The notes beneath the pieces were generated by a model. It saw only the letters and a program-made list of their open reading frames with translations, was not told the DNA's origin and did not search any database. A stretch of DNA of 63,239 bases, counting the filler, from Octopus bimaculoides (taxonomy: Eukaryota), in the NCBI RefSeq assembly GCF_001194135.2. It is 4 parts of 4 records of this genome, joined end to end, with 100 filler letters (N's around TTAATTAATTAA, not from the genome) between each part and the next. Parts side by side here need not be neighbours in the genome. Positions count along the whole stretch, not along the records: positions 18,926 to 50,108 come from NC_068990.1; positions 50,209 to 61,951 come from NC_068994.1; 2 more parts are not named here. The stretch is one strand, 5' to 3'. The position numbers and the translations under genes are program-made. Every line of letters starts with the position of its first letter. Within the stretch, counting starts at the first letter, position 1. Positions 38,385 through 51,947 of this stretch are shown in pieces.

Positions 38385-38606
38385 GGCGAGTTGGCAGAAA
38401 CGTGAGCATGCCGGGCGAAAGGTATTTTGTCTGTCTTTACGTTCTGAGTTCAAATTTCGCCGGGGTCGACTTTGCCTTTCATCCTTTCGGAGTCGATTAA
38501 ATAAATACCAGTTACGCACTAGGGTTGATATAATTGACTTAATCCGTTTGTCTGTCCTTGTTTGTCCCCTCTGTGTGTAGCCCCTTGTGGGCATTAAAGA
38601 AATAAG
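38385..38606 (+). mobile_element. SINE family A, alternative-tail subfamily, with 21-bp flanking duplication
   Basis: Tail CCTTGTTTGTCCCCTCTGTGTGTAGCCCCTTGTGGGCATTAAAGAAATAAG; AGTAAAGCAGTTAAAGGAAGG at 38366-38386 and 38605-38625. Confidence 0.96.
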
Positions 38607-38724
38607 TAAAGCAGTTAAAGGAAGGATGAAAGGTGAAGTTTAATTCAAAACAGTGAGGCACCGAATAGATACGAAACGTTTAATGTCTGGTTCTGTATCA
38701 CCATGACCATTTCACTCATCATAA

Positions 38725-38935
38725 TAATAATGGTTTCAAATTTTGGCACAAAGTCAGCAGTTTCGAGGGTGGGGCTAAGTCGATTAAGTCGATCCAGCGC
38801 TCAACTGGTACTTATTTTATCAACCCCGAAAGGATGAAAGGCAAAGTCGACCCCGGTGGCATTTGAACCTGGAACGTGAAGACATACGAAATGCCGCTAA
38901 ACATTCTGTTATGGTGCTAAACATTCTGCCAACAC
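38725..38935 (-). mobile_element. SINE family A
   Basis: Core and head on the minus strand between (AAT)n tracts. Confidence 0.9.
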
Positions 38936-38946
38936 GCCACCTTCTT

Positions 38947-38994
<48 letters not shown>

Positions 38995-39441
38995 GCCCTG
39001 ATGCAATATCAAGCAGTGGTTCTCGTGGTTTCTGACCTTAACTTGGAAGTGTTATCATGGACTACAACAAATATTTTGCTCAATACCACAGATTTGTTTG
39101 TCATTTGTTTGACCATAACCAGTTGAACATGTCCCCTGGTGACTGACGATATATGCATATCTGATCACGAGCAGAAGTAGTGAGGAGCATCATAGCCATG
39201 TGCTGAGAAGTTTCTTCGATGTTTGAATAATTCACCTCTGGAAACATGAGTGCCATTGTCTTCCAATAAATATTAACCGAAATGAAGTAGATTGATAAAT
39301 TTTATTTTTGAACCTGTGGAAGATACACGAGATGTCGAAGTATCGTTCACTTGATGACAATGGCACTCTTTTTTTTTTTTTGCTTCTATATTTTCTGGAG
39401 GAGTTACCTCAATCCTATAAATATTAATAATAATAATAATG

Positions 39442-39506
<65 letters not shown>

Positions 39507-39509
39507 TCT

Positions 39510-39710
39510 TTCTACTATAGGCATAAGGCCTGAAATTCGTGGGGAAGGGCTAGTCGATTACATCGACCCCAGTACGTAACTGGCACTTCTTTTATCGACC
39601 CCTAAAGGATGAAAAACAAAGTCGACCTTGGCGGAAGCTGAACTCAGAACATAAAGACAGACGAAATGCCACTAAGCGTGCTAACGTTTCCGCTAGCTCG
39701 CCGCCTTTAT
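39510..39710 (-). mobile_element. SINE family A
   Basis: Core and head on the minus strand between (AAT)n tracts. Confidence 0.9.
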
Positions 39711-39724
39711 ACAACAACAATAAC

Positions 39725-39774
<50 letters not shown>

Positions 39775-39795
39775 GAATAATAATAATAATAATAA

Positions 39796-39826
<31 letters not shown>

Positions 39827-40759
39827 AATTTACTATGTCAAGAAGAGAATTGATAAAGCATTGACCGAAATGTACGGTGGAAATCAAAAGTTTGTTGTGT
39901 TGTATAATATTAAACATATGCCGACAAACAGACACGAACAGACCTGACATAAATTATGTATTACAGCACATGTACACTTCACTGATAATGTGTCAGCACC
40001 AGGTGTTATGTACAACACGTATCTCTGGGAAAAAAAACATTGAAAAGAAGAGAGAAAAAATAGAAAAGAAAAACTTCCCTGTAAATTGAAGTAATAAATA
40101 TTGATATTGACGAAAAATCCATTCACGTTACCAAACAAAAAAGGTAGGGTCAAAAGTCAATTAAAGAAAATATAATTAAAACAAAGTAACTTGACACTGT
40201 GGTGGAAACATTAATGTTCCTATGAAGACAACACGTTATGAAGAAAGCTATTTGTGGCGCGCGCGTGTGTGTGTTAGCGACAAAGGCAGTATTCTGAACA
40301 GAGCATCCGCGTTTAAGTGGGGGATAAATATTATCTCTAAAACAGATTATAGTCTTGGGCAAAAATCTAATTTACATTTATAAAAGGAAAGAAAATCGCA
40401 TTTAGTTAGATTTTATACACATACAACAGTGAGTATATTAACCAAGACGTTAATATACTCTGCCGAAATTGTTCTGCAGAAATTTAAGAAAATCTTAATC
40501 TTTACTCTGTAGCGTAGCATCACGGCGGCGAAATGAGTCGCCAGCAACTCCGTTTTTAATCTCTACTTGGAACTGTAAGCATCAATATTTCTAAAAAAAA
40601 AAAAAAATAATAAAAACCACCAGGAATACATTTCTAATCTGAATCCACTAAAGTACTTCATGAAAAAGAATCTAAAGCGATATAAATGAATATTATAATC
40701 TTATACTAACTTAACTGAAAATCAACTCGAGGTTCATACATTAAAATACACCTATATTA

Positions 40760-41125
40760 TTGGGACACAATTGTGTTTCGGCAAACTGGATGTGTTTAGC
40801 AAACACAAGGAGTGCCTTCTTCAGCGGGGAACAAAATAAAACAAATATAGAATTTAACTAGACTGTATACAAGCATGAGAGTAAGAGCATAAGCTACGGG
40901 CTATACGTATTAGACTAGTTCTATTAATACCTTCAGTTACGGAATAAAGTACTTGACAAACTTCGCTGTAGATATTTCAACTGAATATTTACTTCTCGAC
41001 TTATGTACTCGCTGTCGTATATGTATATATTGTAGCTAAATCTAAGTTTCTTTTGTTTTGTCGCTGCCTGAAGAAGGCTTTATTGAGTTTCCTAAACATA
41101 TTCAGTTTCTAGGAACCTAGTTCTG
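40760..41125. repeat. Diverged head-to-head inverted pair with hammerhead cores
   Basis: Minus arm: CTGAAGA-A-GGCA..TGCC-GAAAC-ACAATTGT-GTC (about 40764-40825). Plus arm: CTGAAGAAGGC..TAAACATATTCAGTTT..GGAAC from 41068. Upstream T-rich flanks are also homologous. Confidence 0.7.
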
Positions 41126-42184
41126 TTCTTGTATAACATATAGTTATAGACATTAAGCTGATTTTAATTCAATTAGTCTATATAATATCACTCATACAGA
41201 TAAATATGTATGCTTGTGTGTATAAGATAATACAAACTAACTGTCACTGAGAGTTATGGTGTACTCTCAAAACCCAAATTCGTTCGACTTCCTGGCGAAA
41301 CTGTAGGATCGATCCTTTCATCCTCATCCAGTTGCTTTTATTCACCATTCATAAAATTCTTCGAGGTACATTTTCTCAACGAAGTACATTTTCTCATCTT
41401 CGAGTTCTACTTGAGATGACTCCTAAAGATGTTGATGAGAATTCGTTTGAAGTAGAAAACCTCCATGTTCTTTCAGTTTCGATTACTGCTTGTTCCTCAT
41501 CAGTAAATCAATTCGGTGGGTTTCCTTCACTAGTGAATTGACTGCTAGCTGAATCCATTCTACATTGAAAACGGACCTACATGGTTCTGCCAGTCTATGA
41601 TACGCAGACACCAGAGGAACATATCTCTGAGCCTTCTATTTCGCGGCACATAATTGTCTATTGAGCTTGTTCCAAACCGGCAGCTTATCCCAGTAGCTTT
41701 GCAAGTCTAGAGAGTTTTGGACAGACTATTCCAGAAAAGTTCTTTCAGTGAATCGTTATTAATACTCGGAGTATAATCTAAGGCCCTTATCTCACAGACT
41801 CTCCAGTAAAAGGAGGAGATTGCACTGTAAGCCAAGATAGTTTACCTATCGGGAAGATATTTACTTACAACTGTCTTCTATTTTTATTTGACTGACGATT
41901 ACTGCTTTATCGTAGAAAAAGTATGTCAGAAAGACAACAAACATACTTGCTCTTCTGTCTTGTGATCTCTGCAGATGTCGCAACCTTTGTGCCTACTCAG
42001 CACTATCAGTCACAGGATCACGAGACGCCTACGACCCCTGCAGTGGGTGTTGGCAGCAGATGGACTTGCTGAAAAAAGAAATGTCTATTTTCTGGAAGCA
42101 AAAGCAGCAGACGTTAAAGTTTGTCGAATATTAACGTTTCTTTAGTTTAAGAGTAATCGTTTCCATGTTATAAAAATAAGACTA

Positions 42185-42330
42185 AGAAGAAGAAGAAGAA
42201 GAAGAAGGAGAAGAAGAAGAAGAAGAAGAAGAAGAAGAAGAAGAAAAAGAAGAAGAAGAAGAAGAAGAAGAAGAAGAAGAAGAAGAAGAAGAAGAAGAAG
42301 AAGAAGAAGAAGAAGAAGAAGAAGAAGAAG
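42185..42330 (+). repeat. (GAA)n, about 48 units
   Basis: Direct inspection. Confidence 0.98.
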
Positions 42331-42567
42331 AGATTAATTAGATGAAAACATTCAGCACATTTCCCGATACAAATGAAACATTGGAAAACCTGAACGAACT
42401 TGTTGGGGTTGAAATGTTTTTGTTGGCCAATCGAAAATTAAATTTAGTTATCTAAATACAAATTATTGATTGGTTTGTCCTGTGTGATGATGTGTGGAAT
42501 GTTTGTGTATGTGTACGTGTGTGTGTGTGTGCATGCGTATGTGTGCTTGCGCGCGTGTGTGTATGTA

Positions 42568-42620
<53 letters not shown>

Positions 42621-42952
42621 TTGCCAGACCACAATCCACGTCACACTCAAGTTGCTCATACCTGTTGCATATTGTGTATATGCATGTACGTATGCTTACA
42701 TGCACACATATATTTATATATATACACACACATAAACTCATATACATGCATACATACATAATATGCCTTCGATCATGAAACCCTGGTTAACGTGAAGTAA
42801 ATAGGCTGGATCTAAAATATACACCAACTTCTCTCTATGACCGATGGTTACAACTTTATCATAGAAAAAGTATGTCAGAAAGACAGCAAACACTTGCTCT
42901 TCTGCCTTTTAATCTCTGCAGTTACTCTATCCAGATTACAAGTTCAGGTTTA

Positions 42953-43446
42953 TACACACTGCTTAAATACCAATCTTGAGAAATTAGGCTTCTCAAAAAC
43001 CAGGAAGGAGAAAGCTGATTCGAAGACTACAGATCCAAATCCATCACACACTGCTTAAATACCAATCTTGAGAAATTAGGCTTCTCAAAACCAGCAAGGA
43101 GAAAGCTAATTCGAAGACTACAGAGCCAATCCATCACTGGAACTGTAAGNNNNNNNNNNNNNNNNNNNNNNNNNNNNNNNNNNNNNNNNNNNNNNNNNNN
43201 NNNNNNNNNNNNNNNNNNNNNNNNNNNNNNNNNNNNNNNNNNNNNNNNNNNNNNNNNNNNNNNNNNNNNNNNNNNNNNNNNNNNNNNNNNNNNNNNNNNN
43301 NNNNNNNNNNNNNNNNNNNNNNNNNNNNNNNNNNNNNNNNNNNNNNNNNTTAAATACCAATCTTGAGAAATTAGGCTTCTCAAAACCAGCAAGGAGAAAG
43401 CTAATTCGAAGACTACAGAGCCAATCCATCACTGGAACTGTAAGAA
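42953..43446 (+). repeat. Tandem repeat of about 80-95 bp (three copies, spanning an N gap)
   Basis: TAAATACCAATCTTGAGAAATTAGGCTTCTCAAAA..GAAGACTACAGA repeated. Copies 2 and 3 are identical across the gap, so they may be an assembly overlap. Confidence 0.85.
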
Positions 43447-44227
43447 TTTGTAAAACTTTCATGAAGTTTGTCATCTAAATATATATGAGCATGTCTGCAT
43501 ATGTAACTATATGCATGAGAATGCATACATAAAGCATACAAATCTGCACATACATACATATATACATACATGCATACATACATACAAATCGGCACATACA
43601 TACGTACGTACATAAATACATACATACATACATACTTACATACATACATAAAACATACAAATCGGCACATACATACATACATACATACATACATACATGC
43701 GTACAAAAATACCCTGTTGTTGATGTTGAAATTCCAATGTAGGTACTCTAGATCTAGGTTAGAAACCGGCTCTTTCTCTATTGGCAAGAAATCTTGAAAT
43801 AAACTGAATAATGACATACATACTATGTGCGTGTCATGTATGTGTACATTCTTTATTTTTGCACGTGTCTACAAAAGTATTTCACATATTTAAGTGCGTA
43901 GGAGTCAATCAGTCTGCGCGTGCGTGTGCGTGCGCGCGTGCGCTGCAAAATGCAAAGAAATAACAGCTGGTTTGCTGACACATTTCAAGTAAAGATTTAA
44001 TGTTCAAGTCAGGTAAATAATCGATAGAAAATATGGCGGCCTCAGCTTTCATCTACAAATTAATTAATGATTTTGTACACAGAGTAGCATTATAGAACAG
44101 CGTGGCAAACTGAAAGGAAAGGATTTTAACCTCGCATGAGAATTGTGTCAGATATTCCGTTCATCACAGAAATAGGTAGAAATAACAGTCAAATTACGTT
44201 TATCTTTTATTATCTTCCATTTTTTAC

Positions 44228-44429
44228 TTCTTGCTTCAGCCGTTAGACTGCGGCCATGCTGGGGCATCACCTAGAAGGATTTTTTAGTAGAAGAAATCGA
44301 GACTAGTACTTATATATTTTTTTTAATCCTGGAACTTATTCTATCGAATTCTATTGCCGAACCGCTAAGTTGCGGGGTGGTGGTGGTGGTGGTGGTAAAC
44401 ACTCTAACACCGGTCGTCAATCGATGGTG

Positions 44430-44474
<45 letters not shown>

Positions 44475-44702
44475 NNNNNNNNNNNNNNNNNNNNNNNNNN
44501 NNNNNNNNNNNNNNNNNNNNNATACATACATATGTATGTATGTACTTATGTATGTATGTACACACACATATATATATATATATACTTTGGGCGGTCAGAG
44601 GCTCTAGAAGAAGACACTTGTCCAATGCGCCATGTAGTACGAAGGAACCTGGAACCATGTGGTTGGCAAGCAAACTTCTTACCACACAGCCATGCCTACG
44701 CC
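44228..44702 (-). mobile_element. SINE family B with internal microsatellite and gap
   Basis: Tail at 44235-44270; core and head at 44585-44702. Confidence 0.88.
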
Positions 44703-45035
44703 AACAACAACAAAAAAGAAAGAAGATAATGAAGAAAGGATACATTAGACAAAGTAGTTCTAGATAGAGAAAAGTTGGGTTGGCCATGGTAGGAGTGTTC
44801 TTCATTATAGGCTTGCTCAATCAGGTTTGATTTGGAGCTAAACAATAACAACAACGACGATGACGATGACGATGACGATGACGAAGAATAGCTTATTAGG
44901 TCTAGGTAAGAAGCTGTATGTGTTCTTACAGGATAAAAAGTCATGTGATATTCGTAGCTTTTCTAAACAGCACCAGCGACGTAAGCGAAACAACTACTAC
45001 ATCAAAGAATCGAAATTGTATCATATACATTATTC

Positions 45036-45575
45036 TCGGCGAAATTTGAACTCAGAACGTAAAGACGAACGAAATGACTCCAGGCATTTTTGTCCCGCGT
45101 GCTAACGTTTCTTATTTCTTTACTACCCAGAAGGGGTCACACACAGAGGGGACAAACAAGGACAGACAAACGGATTAAGTTGATTATATCGACTCCAGAG
45201 CATAACTGGTACTTATTTAATCGACCCCGAAAGGATGAAAGGCAAAGTCGACCTCGGCGGAATTTGAACTCAGAACGTAAAGACAGACGAAATATCGCTA
45301 AGCATTTCGTCCGGCGTGCTAACGTTTCTACCTGCTCGACGCCTGACGATGTATGATAATAATGATTTCAAATTTTGGCATAAGGCCTGCAATTTCTGGA
45401 CAGGGGTGAGTCGATTACATCGACCTTCGTATTAAACTGTTACTTATTTTATCGACCCCGAAAGTATGAAGGGCAAAGCCGATCTCGGCGGAATTTGAAC
45501 TCAGAGCATAAAGACGGACGAAAGGGCGCTAAGCATTTTGCCCAGCGTGCTAATGATTCTGCCAGCTCGCTGTTT
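45036..45575 (-). mobile_element. Three co-oriented SINE A copies (one truncated and fused)
   Basis: Junction CTAACGTTTCT|TATTTCTTTA near 45111, the same as near 3080; further copy at 45362-45575. Confidence 0.93.
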
Positions 45576-45789
45576 CAAGATGTATAATAATGATAATAAT
45601 AATGAGTGCTAAGATCAACGTGTGAGAATAACAGCAGCAGCAGCAACAACAACAACATGATGATGATGATGATCTTTTAACCACATTAACCACAAGGGCT
45701 TAGAGAGATACAGAACAATGCAAAGAAACTTTTATCAAGCTGTTATAAAAATGTGGAGTGTAATGGTCAAGTTATATAAAGAAAAGTAA

Positions 45790-46260
45790 GAGAGAAAGGT
45801 GCAACTGCTTTTGGATCGGCAACCTTTATGATTTAATTTTGTTGCTTGTGCTCTTTCGGACCTTCTATGCAGAATGTCCTTAAATGGATTTTCCTGTCAC
45901 GTGCTTAGCAGTTAATCCATCTGCCTTCGATGCTAAGTTCTAAGGTCTTCTTAGCATTCTCTGCCTGATACAGTTGATTGTCGTCTTGCAAGGTCGTGTG
46001 GATTTGTATACTCGTAGTCACTTACCCAACCACATACTACCTAAAGTCACGTCTTCTAAAATACAGCAGACAGTATTTTATGGGTAAGTATATTATATAC
46101 AGTTTGGGCTTGCGTTTGTAACTCTGTCCTGTTTTAAAGATGAACCATAAGTGCCATATAACTTCCTTCCCAGTGAAGGAGATTTCACTGAAAATATCTG
46201 CCAGCGCTGTTCTTTTATCTCCGGACAATAACCCTGTCCTTTTCCTTAATGTCATGCTAA
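45790..46260 (-). mobile_element. Possible decayed non-LTR retrotransposon with restriction-like endonuclease C-terminus
   Basis: Fragmentary peptides RRDFR*YVVG*VT..LSIEG..IIKVAD loosely echo the PD..E..K and EVGxRG motifs. Confidence 0.35.
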
Positions 46261-46736
46261 CTTTGGAGAATTCTTTATTCTTGAGATTATCTACCCTTCT
46301 TATTTGGAGATAGCCACAATTGTCATTTACTAATTATGGCATCCTCCTAGAGGCGGAGATCGTTTTAATAAATCAAAAATTTATTTGATTAATAAGATAT
46401 TTGTTACGGTTATAACACCAAATACATAGAAATTATCCGTTTTTACAAATATCAATTGTATTTTAGATACAAACATTTTATCTTCAGACTTGCCAAACTG
46501 TATGATGGTTTTCTCATATTTCTGAAATAACAACAAACGTCATGTTTTCTCATTAATAAGCGGATAACGAGACTGACACAACTTTCGTTCTGGGAATATA
46601 AACACAACAAACCGAGTAGAATATCTCTATTTAATAATAGACACTATATATATTGGCTGGCTGGTTGATTGGTTGACTTCCCCAGTCACGATCTCATAGA
46701 GAGAAGGCGGGAGCAATAGAGAAGCGAGAGTAATAC

Positions 46737-46767
<31 letters not shown>

Positions 46768-46769
46768 AG

Positions 46770-46808
<39 letters not shown>

Positions 46809-46965
46809 TAATAGAGAGATGCAGAGATAATTACTATAAGTAAGGAGGAATATATATATACAAGGCTTGGTGGAAGGCTACACACATTGCATCATAGTGA
46901 GAGAGAAAGAATGATATATATATAGGAAAAGGAGGAGAAGAAGGAGGCAGAGGAGATGGGAGAAG

Positions 46966-46996
<31 letters not shown>

Positions 46997-49900
46997 ATGA
47001 TGATGATGAGGAGGAGGAGGAAATGTTTCTAATAAATATTGGTCTTTAAAAAATTCTCACTCATTTCTTTATTTTGAATAAGAACAAAGAAATTTGATAA
47101 CAGTTAAATTATAATTATTGTAAAGAAGCCATATTTGCCGATATCATTCATGTTGGCAAAAGTCTACTTCCAAAATTTGCCGTCATATGACGGTTAGCAC
47201 TCCAGCTTTAATATAATTTCCCTTCCGATTATCATTCGCACCGGTCACTGCGAGCAATCACGATAGACTCGCTGAGAAAACAAACCTTGGCTAATTAAGG
47301 ACATTGTTAAAAATCTTCAATCATTCGTGATATTTCTCCTGCCTTCAGATAGTCACAATATCAACGGTGTATCAAGCTGCGTACTCAGTGAATACAGTTA
47401 TACTGACTACTACTAAGTATTCATACAACTAGTAAAAATCCGTGATTTATTATGGGTTATACCGAAAGAAAATTAACCAATCAAAGAAGAGTGTTTCAAA
47501 TGGTCAAGATACGACAAATTTATATGGCGCTTGCTTTGGGGGGCGAGTAAGCCATTTCATCCTCATTTTTTTTTTTATCATAGTCATAGTCCATTCGATA
47601 TGTGTTTTATATGTACCCCAATGTCTTGTTTTGTCTGTCCTTGTGGTGTCCCCTCTTTATAAAAGCCATGTACCTAAATAAAAGAAATCAAGCTGATTGG
47701 TTAGTTATTGTTCTCTTAGCATAGAGACACTTATCTACAGTTTCTACAGCCTTACAGATATATAAAACTATGGCATTGTAGGGTAGGTGTGAGAAGAACA
47801 TGAAAAAAGGTAGAATATTTGAGTAGGTTTGAATGTTAAAGGGTTAAGGAAGGTGCACATCAGAAAATGAGTAGAATATTGGTAAAACTGTTTTTTTTTT
47901 CCTCCGAGGACTTTTCTTTCGAGGCACAGGAAAATCAGTATTCGGCTTTATAACTTCAAAAGATTTGTCCGACGGTTCTTTTCGGAGGATTCGCTGCTTG
48001 CTGATGATATGAGATTAAAGTCACTATTGGCATCACTCAAACAAATGCGAGGGCTTTTAAGGGCTGTACTGAGTTTTTATCTAGCAGAGAGGGGCGAACG
48101 ATTTTCATGAAGGCGAGTCATGTTTTTCTGCCGTTATTCACTGGAGCAAAATTAATCTAACAGAGCACATGTAACCAACGACGACCCGAGCTGAATTATT
48201 CAAACAATGGATGAACTATACAACCAGCAGAATTCGTGATGTTTTATATGGTCCACTGTATTATTCAACGGAGGAAAATAGTCTCGTTGTTATTTTTTAA
48301 AATTCGTTTCTTGTATTATTTCTACAAGTGAACACGCAACATATATTGTATAATGGAATGCAAGATTCCGTAGAAAAACCAAAACTTAATTTATGGTTTA
48401 AGTCTTGGTAGGCATTGTCTATCTTGCTTACTAAGACAGCACACACATCAAACGCATACATACAGGCATAAATGAAAATGTTTGTGTATGTGTATGTCGT
48501 ATACAGTTGTATGCATGTGTATGTTAAGGTGAGTGTGTGAGAGCCACCTTTGGTTAAAAGCTGTTGGTATCCAATCTAGAACGGCAAATTAACTATTAAA
48601 AAAATCGATGGATTTGTTTTGGCTGTCGGTCGGTGAAGGTGTCGGATTAATGTGTTCACTTAAACTAATCAGATTAAGCAATTAATGATCTAAGTAGAGT
48701 CACAGTCCCCCACATCTCCTCCCCCTCAATCTCACCAGCCCTAGTCTTCCTCTCTTCATCCCCTCCCTCTCTTTCTCGCTGTTTTTCTTTTCCTTCTTTC
48801 TTTCCTTTTCTCATTTGGGAAGGAAGTTGAAGTGATGGATTTTGTCAAACTTGTTCGGACGACATGTGTTACTAAGCGAACTGTTACACACGCAATATTG
48901 TTTAGTAACGTCATAATCAAGCGGTAACGATGTTACTACAGTGCTATTGTGACATCACAAAAGCGCCTAGAGGTCTTTATGCTTTAACGTCATTTCATTG
49001 TGACGATGACGGTACAGATTTATCTGCGATATTATTTTTACAACTGTTACTCTCCTAAATTACGGAATCAATTCTATTTACAACACAGGCCTTTCTTCTG
49101 TTTATAGCGGTTTTCTTTAGCCAACAGCTGATATCATGGTAGCCATTGTGTAGTTAATACTTCGCTGTGGACATCCAATAACTTGCTTAGAACAGTCACC
49201 ATGGTTACCAATGACTCAGGCTCAGTCTACCCCTAATTTCTCAACTTCATTTAAATTAAATATAATTCTAAGAGTTCTCTCCCTTCCCCCTTTTGAGAAT
49301 AAATTTCCATTAACAGTAAAAGCTTTTTTTTTCAATAGTATCTTAATTTCAATTAAGTATTAATTATTTTTGACTCACCAACTCGTGTATGGCACTCTGT
49401 ACACACAACTACATGCATACATACATACATACATACATACATAATATATATATATATATATATATTGTTCACTCTTCTATTGTATTGTAGGCACCTCAAT
49501 TGTCTTCTATCATATTGTAAAATATGGTAATTTTAATTCCATTGTTCCGTGCGTCGACTTATAACGGACTTCCACCATATTGTATCTCTATTGTATTAAT
49601 ATTGCTTGGAAGGACTTATTATGCTCTGTAATTCTAACAATATTGAAGCATATGTACAACTATGTACAACCATGCACACATACACACATACACATATACA
49701 CCAACTCACAAACACAGCGACACAAACTCATGTACACACTATATACACGCACAAACACACACACACATATACACACACATACACACACACACACTCGTAT
49801 ACACGCACGCACACACTTCGACCTATGCTCATATACGCATTCGTGCAGATACATACACACTCATACGCATTCATGCACACACACACACACACATACACAC

Positions 49901-50108
49901 ACTTCCACCTATGCTCATATACGCATTCGTACAGACACATACACACTCATACGCATTCATGCACACACACGCACACGCACACACACACGCACACACACAC
50001 ACACACGCACACACACACGCACAGAGAGAGAGAGAGAGAGAGAAACACACAGCGATGCAGACGTACACACACACATATTCATACTTAGTCACACACACAC
50101 ACACACAC

Positions 50109-50208
50109 NNNNNNNNNNNNNNNNNNNNNNNNNNNNNNNNNNNNNNNNNNNNTTAATTAATTAANNNNNNNNNNNNNNNNNNNNNNNNNNNNNNNNNNNN
50201 NNNNNNNN
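50109..50208. other. Artificial 100-nt scaffold linker
   Basis: 44 N + TTAATTAATTAA (50153-50164) + 44 N. Confidence 0.95.
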
Positions 50209-50256
<48 letters not shown>

Positions 50257-51535
50257 GTAAACAAGAGAAGCAAACAACTCTTCCAATATAGCGTCTTCTC
50301 TCTCAATGTCCACACCGCTTTCCATTCACTCTAAACTATCATTTCCATATAACTATATTCTCTTGTTTAGCCCTAGGTCTTCCCTGAAACACCTTTCCAG
50401 CCATGGCTATCCCTTGTTCTCACACACTTTATCACACATTATATCGTTCAATACGTCCTTCCTTTATTTAATGCGTAGTGTGTGATTTGTGACAGATTTG
50501 GCTGCTATTTCCGGGAGATTGGTTGACTCTGCAGAGACGTCTTTGGGTAGGAATCAGACAACAACTTTCACTTTGGCCCCACGATTCTGCATTAACAAAG
50601 AAGTGAACCAACTTCTGTATTTAGCATCGTGTCTTTTGAAACTGGGGATTTCCTTGTGCAAGTTTCAGAAAGCGTGTGAAGGCAGTTATTGAGAAAGAAG
50701 GAGGACACATAGAATAAAAACATTTTCTCTTATGTAAATTTTCTTGTGGCAAATAAATTCTCATGACTTTCAATAAACTAATTGGTCATACACTGTCTTT
50801 CAATCCCTGCCTCAAAAGATTGAAAATTTTGCTTCCCCACCCTGTATANNNNNNNNNNNNNNNNNNNNNNNNNNNNNNNNNNNNNNNNNNNNNNNNNNNN
50901 NNNNNNNNNNNNNNNNNNNNNNNNNNNNNNNNNNNNNNNNNNNNNNNNNNNNNNNNNNNNNNNNNNNNNNNNNNNNNNNNNNNNNNNNNNNNNNNNNNNN
51001 NNNNNNNNNNNNNNNNNNNNNNNNNNNNNNNNNNNNNNNNNNNNNNNNNNNNNNNNNNNNNNNNNNNNNNNNNNNNNNNNNNNNNNNNNNNNNNNNNNNN
51101 NNNNNNNNNNNNNNNNNNNNNNNNNNNNNNNNNNNNNNNNNNNNNNNNNNNNNNNNNNNNNNNNNNNNNNNNNNNNNNNNNNNNNNNNNNNNNNNNNNNN
51201 NNNNNNNNNNNNNNNNNNNNNNNNNNNNNNNNNNNNNNNNNNNNNNNNNNNNNNNNNNNGTCTCTCTCAACACACCTCACTACCCGCCATATTCTTTTGT
51301 TTTAATGCAATTCCCCCTCTCTCCCCGCTCTCCCCCTCCCCTCCCCCTCTCTCTCTTTCTCACTAATTGTTATATTTATTGTGCTTCTATATCTCAGTCT
51401 ATTTCTCTCCTTTTATTCTCTTTGGAATTTTTATGTAACTTTCCTTCTGTCTTTCTGTCTACCGAACTATCAATCTATCTAACTCTCTATTTACCCCTCT
51501 CTTTCTCTCTTTCTATACATTATATATATATATAT

Positions 51536-51577
<42 letters not shown>

Positions 51578-51713
51578 ATAGTCATTCTATTTACCTATCA
51601 CTCTTTTATACTTCTACAAGCCGATTTCTATCTATCATTAAATCATTTAATTTATTTACCTATCTATCCCCATATCAATCAATCCATCTATTAATCTATC
51701 CATCTACTCTACA

Positions 51714-51747
<34 letters not shown>

Positions 51748-51914
51748 CCTCTCTACAACCTGCCTATCTATCCCTCTATCTAGCTATTTGTCTATTTCTC
51801 TATCAGTCTATCCATTAATCTGTGTGTCTGTTTGTCAATCCATCAACCTACCTCACCCCCACCCACACCGTCTATTTCGGTTCTGTTCGCTCTTTATCTC
51901 CCTCTCTTTCCCCC

Positions 51915-51947
<33 letters not shown>

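Noticed and set aside
41465-41505. Minus-strand CTGATGA..GAAAC
   Set aside because: No stem III or NUH triplet and a weak stem II
43070-43446. Third tandem copy after the gap as a real repeat unit
   Set aside because: Identical to the sequence before the gap, so likely an unmerged contig overlap
49810-49990. Two-unit tandem of about 86 bp, considered as a CRISPR-like array
   Set aside because: Simple duplication within a (CA)n field; no unique spacers; eukaryotic context
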